Positions 55,694 through 60,286 of a DNA stretch of 60,286 nucleotides are shown piece after piece (positions within the stretch are counted from its first letter, which is position 1; the number at the start of each line of letters is the position of its first letter). The stretch is from positions 1 to 60,286 of the IMG/VR virus record IMGVR_UViG_3300031539_000028, one strand, 5' to 3'. This DNA is from a virus (taxonomy: Duplodnaviria; Caudoviricetes). The notes below the pieces were generated by a model. That model did no database searches, was not told the origin of the DNA, and saw nothing but the letters and a program-made list of their open reading frames with translations. The position numbers were made by a program, and so were the translations under genes.

Positions 55694-57055
55694 ATGAACC
55701 TCAACGAGCAGGACGTGGCCGCTCTGCGCGAGGGCGTTTCGAGCATCAAGGGCATCGCGGAGAAGCTGCCGTCGCTCGAGGCAGACATCGCTGCCATCAA
55801 GATGGCCGTCGGCGAGATCGACGTCAAGGAGCTCGCGGCGCGCGTCGAGCGGTCCGTCGCTCAGCAGGATCAGCTCGTGAAGCGCATCCGCAACTGGAAG
55901 GGCGGCCTGTACGTCCCTGGGCTCGAGGAGGACGCCGACAAGTTCAGCATCCACCGCGCCGCAGTCGCGGTGGCTTCGAAGAACTGGGCCAAGGCCGGCT
56001 TCGAGAAGGAGATGTTCGACGCCGTTCGCGCGAAGGGTCAGACGATGGGCGTCGACTCCGAGGGCGGATACTTCGTGCCGGACCAGGTCATCCCCGAGGT
56101 GATCGGCGCGATCTACCGGCGCAGCGTGTTCATCGGACTCGACGCCGAGGGCACCACGCGCGTATCCGTGATCGACGGGCTCGTCGGCAACCCGGTCAAG
56201 ATCCCGGCCTTCGAGGGAGGGATGGTCGCGTTCTGGCTCGGCGAGCAGGACCCGTACGTCGAGTCGATGGTCAAGGCCGGCAACATCAGCCTGGTCCCCA
56301 AGAAGCTGACGGTGCTCGCCAAGCTGACGGAAGAGATGCGGAAGTTCAGCTCGTTCGGCTACGAGACGCTCATGCGGAACGACATGATCCGCGCGCTCGC
56401 CGCCGAGCTCGACCGCACGGTGCCCTACGGGAAGGGCAACGAGAACGAGCCCCGTGGCCTCATGAAGATGACGATGGGGACGGGCCCGAGGGACATCCAG
56501 TTCTTCAGCGCCGAGACGGGCAAGCTCGTCACGGAAGCTCCGGCCGACGCTGCCGGCGGGGAGCTCGACTACGACGGCCTGATGGAGATGCAGGGCGCGC
56601 TCGAGGACGCGAACGTCACGCCCAACGAGTCGTTCGCGACGATCAGCGCGCCAAGGTACTTCCGGCGCCTCAAGCAGCTCAAGATACAGAACTACTCGGC
56701 CCAGGTCGACCAGAGGCCGTACCTTATCGGTGCGCCGATGCTCAGCGACGCGCGGCTCGCCGAGCTCATCGGGGCGTTCGACAAGTCGACGATGGTCCCG
56801 ACGTCTGGCGTGCCGGGTGCGAGCGCCGGCTGGCCGACCACGGAGACGGACGGCTCCTACGGCGACGTCTTCATGGGCAACTGGTCGGAGGTCATCCTCG
56901 GCCGGTGGGCGGGCATCGAGATCGCCGACGACGATGGCAAGGGGCTCGGCTTCGCCACCGACAACATCTTCGTCAAGATCAGGATGTGGGCCGACATCCA
57001 GAAGCGCCAGGGCAAGGGCATCGTCGTGTGCCCCGACGTTCAGATGCGCGACTAG
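55694..57055 (+). CDS. Major capsid protein (HK97 fold, with delta domain)
   Basis: Coiled N-terminus, GGYFVP, LVPKKL, GKGNENEPRGL, GNWSEVILG. Confidence 0.93.
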   Translation: MNLNEQDVAALREGVSSIKGIAEKLPSLEADIAAIKMAVGEIDVKELAARVERSVAQQDQLVKRIRNWKGGLYVPGLEEDADKFSIHRAAVAVASKNWAKAGFEKEMFDAVRAKGQTMGVDSEGGYFVPDQVIPEVIGAIYRRSVFIGLDAEGTTRVSVIDGLVGNPVKIPAFEGGMVAFWLGEQDPYVESMVKAGNISLVPKKLTVLAKLTEEMRKFSSFGYETLMRNDMIRALAAELDRTVPYGKGNENEPRGLMKMTMGTGPRDIQFFSAETGKLVTEAPADAAGGELDYDGLMEMQGALEDANVTPNESFATISAPRYFRRLKQLKIQNYSAQVDQRPYLIGAPMLSDARLAELIGAFDKSTMVPTSGVPGASAGWPTTETDGSYGDVFMGNWSEVILGRWAGIEIADDDGKGLGFATDNIFVKIRMWADIQKRQGKGIVVCPDVQMRD

Positions 57056-57148
57056 ACTGCATAGCCGCATAGCGCGCGCCGGTCAGCATGAGTGGGCCCG
57101 ACCAGCCAGGCGAGGACGAGGGAGCCGTCGGACACGGAGGAGCCTACA

Positions 57149-57637
57149 ATGGACCGCACGTTCCACGAGAAGGTCGTGCAGGCGCTCGCGCTCATGCCGC
57201 AGAGCATCGCGGGCAACGGAGTCGCCGTCGACGGCGTGGCGGTCGTGCCGGGCGCGAACGGGCGCGCGCTCGTCATCGAGGTCGCCCACGGCGATCCGGG
57301 AGCCGCGGCCACGTCCGAGCTCTCCATCGCCGTCGAGGGCTCCGAGGACGGCGGCACGACCTGGGAGGCCGTCGAGGACGTGGACGGGAACGACCTCGTC
57401 TTCGACACCATCACCGTGACGGGGACGGCAGACGAGTCGGGCGCCGGCGTCGTGCTCGGGACGCTGCCGATCGAGCGCCTCAAGTACAACGCCTATCGCC
57501 TGAGCATCACGAACACGAACGGGCAGGACGCGGTGATCGTCGGCGCGACCGCGCTCGTCGTGGACGTGATGGACAAGCCGACGGCGCAGCTCGACGGGCT
57601 GCTCGCGAAGATGTTGCCCGTCGGGACCGTGCTCTAG
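57149..57637 (+). CDS. Putative head decoration protein
   Basis: GGAGGAG RBS; directly after the capsid gene; EGSEDGGTTW motif. Confidence 0.65.
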   Translation: MDRTFHEKVVQALALMPQSIAGNGVAVDGVAVVPGANGRALVIEVAHGDPGAAATSELSIAVEGSEDGGTTWEAVEDVDGNDLVFDTITVTGTADESGAGVVLGTLPIERLKYNAYRLSITNTNGQDAVIVGATALVVDVMDKPTAQLDGLLAKMLPVGTVL

Positions 57638-57671
57638 CGAGCCGTGCTGGACCGGACTCGCCTCTCTCTGT

Positions 57672-57712
57672 GCGGGCTCGGCGGGCCACGGCCCGTCGAG
57701 CCCGTAGCTTTC
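57672..57712 (+). terminator. Terminator after the capsid/decoration genes
   Basis: gcgggctcggcgggc/gcccgtcgagcccgt stem followed by agctttc. Confidence 0.6.
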
Positions 57713-57724
57713 GGGGGATGAGGG

Positions 57725-57895
57725 ATGCCAGACTTCAGCCGCGGCCCGCGCGCCGGATTCGACGGGCCCATGCTGTTCGACTCACCGGCCGATCCCATTC
57801 AGACCGATCCTGATGAGCCGGCCGAGGTCCGCGTTGCACTCGCGCGCACTCGTAGCGTGCGAGCCAGGCTGTCTCACAGGAGGCTCGCGGAATGA
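57725..57895 (+). CDS. 56-aa small ORF
   Basis: MPDFSRGPRAG...HRRLAE; ATGA overlap with the next gene. Confidence 0.45.
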   Translation: MPDFSRGPRAGFDGPMLFDSPADPIQTDPDEPAEVRVALARTRSVRARLSHRRLAE

Positions 57896-58251
57896 GCTAC
57901 GCTCCCGAGACGATCCCCGACGCGCTCTCTCTCGTGAAGGGTGGGGCCCGCGTCGTTCGCCTGTATCTTCTCGACGAGAATGACGCCCCCGAGGATCTGT
58001 CCGGTGCCAGCGTTCCGAAGGTCGACATCGCGGAGGCGGCCGGAGAGACGCCCATCATAACGAAGTCTGGAGTCGAGGTGACAATCGAGCCGGGCGGCGA
58101 CAAGGGCGTGCTTCAGTTCACGCTCTCCGCTGTCGATACCGCGAAGCTCTCCGTCGGCAGCTACGTCGCTCAGGCTCAGGTCACAATCGGAGGCAACGTC
58201 TACGTCACCGACAACATGTACGTGAAGGTGACAGGAAAGGTGACAGCGTGA
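57892..58251 (+). CDS. BppU N-terminal-like virion protein
   Basis: LVKG...PEDLSGA...GVLQFTLSAVDT...GSYVAQAQVT. Confidence 0.6.
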   Translation: MSYAPETIPDALSLVKGGARVVRLYLLDENDAPEDLSGASVPKVDIAEAAGETPIITKSGVEVTIEPGGDKGVLQFTLSAVDTAKLSVGSYVAQAQVTIGGNVYVTDNMYVKVTGKVTA

Positions 58252-58814
58252 TCAGCCTGAAGGAGCTACGCGACAGGCTGAAGCTGAGCCCTACTGACGA
58301 CGACCAGCTCTCGATCATCAGGGCGAACGTGATCGGGCTATGGGAGGTGCGGACGAATCGCCTCTGGAACTACCGTGCGGGGCACGTTCAGACGTTCATG
58401 CTTGACGAGAGTTGGCAGAGGTTCGCTCCGGCGTGGCTCTCGCTGACTCCTGTCGACGAGACCGGCACGGTGACGGTGGAGGATTGGGACGACGGTGACG
58501 ATCCCGAGGCGCTGGACGAGGATGAGTTCACGCTCCTGGCGAGCAGCGGGAAGCTCGTGAAGCTCCCGCGCGTGACGCCTTGGCTCATGAACGTCCGTGT
58601 CACGTACTCCGGTGGATTCGACGAGAGCTCCTGTCCCGAGGACGTCCGCGAGGCGCTCGCGATTCAGTGTCAGTACGCGCTCCTCAGGCATCGTGGCGAG
58701 AAGTCGATCCTGAGCGGGATCACGGGGCCGGCCGGCGGGGTCTCGTTCATGGTATCGGCGGACGTCCATCCGCACTTCAAGGCTCAGGCCGCGCTCCACA
58801 GGAGGCACCGCTGA
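58248..58814 (+). CDS. Head-tail adaptor
   Basis: ISLKELRDRL...DDDQL; VRVTYSGGF...CPEDVREA. Confidence 0.8.
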   Translation: MISLKELRDRLKLSPTDDDQLSIIRANVIGLWEVRTNRLWNYRAGHVQTFMLDESWQRFAPAWLSLTPVDETGTVTVEDWDDGDDPEALDEDEFTLLASSGKLVKLPRVTPWLMNVRVTYSGGFDESSCPEDVREALAIQCQYALLRHRGEKSILSGITGPAGGVSFMVSADVHPHFKAQAALHRRHR

Positions 58815-59482
58815 TGTACGAGGTTCGCCTCACGGAGGAGTCGATCCGAACGCTCGACGAGCTCGAGCGCAGATGGACTCCTGAGCGGTTCGCCGCCGAG
58901 CTCATGACCGAGCTCTCCCGTCTTGCGACTGAGGCGGCGGGGGCCGTTCAGCGTGGGATGGCGGGCCAGTTCATCGCCACGCGGACCGGCAACCTTCGCC
59001 GGTCTATCGTCGGGCGCGCCGAGCAGACGCGGTTCGGCCCGGCGATCAGGGTCGGAGTATTCAGCGGCCCGGCTCTCCCGTATGCCGGCGTTCAGGAGTT
59101 CGGCACGCGTGGATACAACGCGGCATCGCCGTATCCGACGATCAAGCCGAAGACGGCCAAGGCTCTCGCGATCCCGACCGACAGGGCAAAGACTGCCGCC
59201 GGCGTCGCTCGCACGGCAGGCTTCGGGCCGCGTCAGTTCACCGGCGGAGAGCTCGTGTTCATACCGTTCCGCAAGGGGAAGCTGGTCGGTGGCCTGTTCC
59301 TGAAGGAAGAGATCAAGAATGGGGTGCGCGGGGGGGCCATGTTCCTCCTGGCGACTGAGGTCGACCTGCCGGAGAGGGCCTATCTCAAGCTCGGCTTCGA
59401 GGGCTACCTCCCGACGCTCGTGGACCGCTTGGGGTCATCCATAGCGCGGTGGGTGGCGGGGGCCGCGCGAGACACGCATTAG
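58814..59482 (+). CDS. Neck / tail completion protein (HK97 gp10-like)
   Basis: RTGNLRRSI, YAGVQEFGT, IKPKTAKALAIP, PERAYL. Confidence 0.8.
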   Translation: MYEVRLTEESIRTLDELERRWTPERFAAELMTELSRLATEAAGAVQRGMAGQFIATRTGNLRRSIVGRAEQTRFGPAIRVGVFSGPALPYAGVQEFGTRGYNAASPYPTIKPKTAKALAIPTDRAKTAAGVARTAGFGPRQFTGGELVFIPFRKGKLVGGLFLKEEIKNGVRGGAMFLLATEVDLPERAYLKLGFEGYLPTLVDRLGSSIARWVAGAARDTH

Positions 59483-59850
59483 TGGCGCGTGGATGCCCTG
59501 AGCTGCGTGGAATCGACAGGAGAGGTGTGGCGGGGCTTGGAACTGTCGCGCATCGCTCTGAAGCGATCTGTGAGGCCGTTTTCTGGAAGCCAGTATTGTG
59601 GCTTCTGTGGCCGATCCTGCTGGATATATTCTGCACGGGTTTGCCGTAGCGGGATATGTGCCACTTGGGAGTAAAGATGTCCATTCGTGAGGTCCTCTGC
59701 CACTCAGAGCCAACCCGGCTCGTCGGCGAGACGAGCGAGGTCACGCCCGCGCACAACGACGACACGCAGTCGGGCGCGCCGGCGGGGCAGGTCGTGACGC
59801 TTGTCACGGGCGGGCTAGGGACAGCCGACGCATGGAAGGGTACGCGCCAC
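59476..59850. other. Large structured non-coding element B (candidate ncRNA or ssDNA-folding site)
   Basis: Closed by gtggcgcgt (59482-90) / acgcgccac (59842-50); inner stems 59503-09/59763-69, 59514-19/59543-48, 59586-92/59599-605, 59614-21/59648-55, 59718-24/59730-36, 59793-98/59803-08; homologous to element A on the opposite strand. Confidence 0.65.
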
Positions 59851-59863
59851 CTTGACCGATAAT

Positions 59864-60286
59864 ATGTGGGAGGAGAAGGCTCCGCAGCTCGGCGCGGAGA
59901 CCATCATCTACGCTCTCACCGTCTTCAACGACAAGCTCTACGGCGGGACATATCCAAACGGGAAGCTGGTCGAGTGGAACGGGACGGATGCGTGGGTAGA
60001 GAAGGCTCCGAAGCTCGGAGCGGAGACCTCTATCCTCTCTCTCGCCGTCTTCAACGGCAAGCTCTACGGTGGGACAGGAGTTCTTGGCGGGAAGCTGGTC
60101 GAGTGGAACGGGACGGACGCGTGGGTAGAGAGGGCTCCTAAGCTCGGCGGAGAGACCGGCATCTACTCTCTCGCCGTCTTCAATGGCAAGCTCTACGGCG
60201 GGACATATCCAAACGGGAAGCTGGTCGAGTGGAACGGGACGGACGCGTGGGTAGAGAAGGCTCCGAAGTTTGGACTAGAGACCTAC
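59864..60286 (+). CDS. N-terminal part of the beta-propeller fusion protein (runs off the contig end)
   Basis: MWEEKAPQLGAETIIYALTVFNDKLYGGT...; repeat cores at 59960, 60089 and 60215; alternative TTG start at 59852. Confidence 0.8.
   Translation, partial: MWEEKAPQLGAETIIYALTVFNDKLYGGTYPNGKLVEWNGTDAWVEKAPKLGAETSILSLAVFNGKLYGGTGVLGGKLVEWNGTDAWVERAPKLGGETGIYSLAVFNGKLYGGTYPNGKLVEWNGTDAWVEKAPKFGLETY

Noticed and set aside
57811-57895. Hammerhead ribozyme at CTGATGAG
   Set aside because: No downstream GAAA core or flanking stems; lies within a plausible small ORF
59482-59850. Group I/II intron or RNase P RNA
   Set aside because: No GUGYG start or domain V, no convincing P7 R/S elements and no GAGGAAAGUCC; the upstream gene ends naturally. 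A divergent family cannot be excluded without cmscan
59484-59851. tmRNA or tRNA (GGCGCGT/ACGCGCC-ACC resembles an acceptor stem)
   Set aside because: No T-arm (GTTCRA), no G3-U alanine identity pair and no CCA end
60188-60286. Physical direct terminal repeats
   Set aside because: The match is to 110-208 rather than position 1 and lies within a coding repeat, consistent with an assembly k-mer overlap

Overview
The window is essentially one complete, high-GC, siphovirus-like tailed phage genome with almost every gene on the + strand. The contig breaks inside a 126-bp coding repeat array, and the ends close in frame if 44 nt (a copy of 209-252) are inserted between 60286 and 1. The modules, in order, are: tail (1-12.9 kb, GTA/BR0599-type tip), early/accessory genes (13.7-29 kb), replication (SNF2 helicase, SSB/annealase-like protein, RepB'-type primase, AT-rich origin, UvrD helicase; 26-35 kb), a large nucleic-acid-modification block (35.4-44.5 kb), terminase, lysis-type membrane genes, fibres, portal-gpF fusion, protease, HK97 capsid and neck genes (44.6-60.3 kb). 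I found no integrase, DNA polymerase, tRNA, CRISPR array or recognisable endolysin. The most notable observations are: (1) two large non-coding, extensively self-pairing elements (13114-13599 and 59476-59850) that are homologous on opposite strands along an ungapped diagonal and bracket the tail module on the circular map; (2) a methyltransferase / PAPS-reductase-like / methyltransferase / ParB operon directly upstream of terminase, a candidate DNA-modification system; (3) a probable tail-terminator domain fused to a 7-repeat beta-propeller with variable loops; (4) a tetraloop-hairpin + CGGAAAGG leader repeated before five small accessory ORFs. All calls come from manual motif reading and synteny. 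No database searches or folding programs were run.
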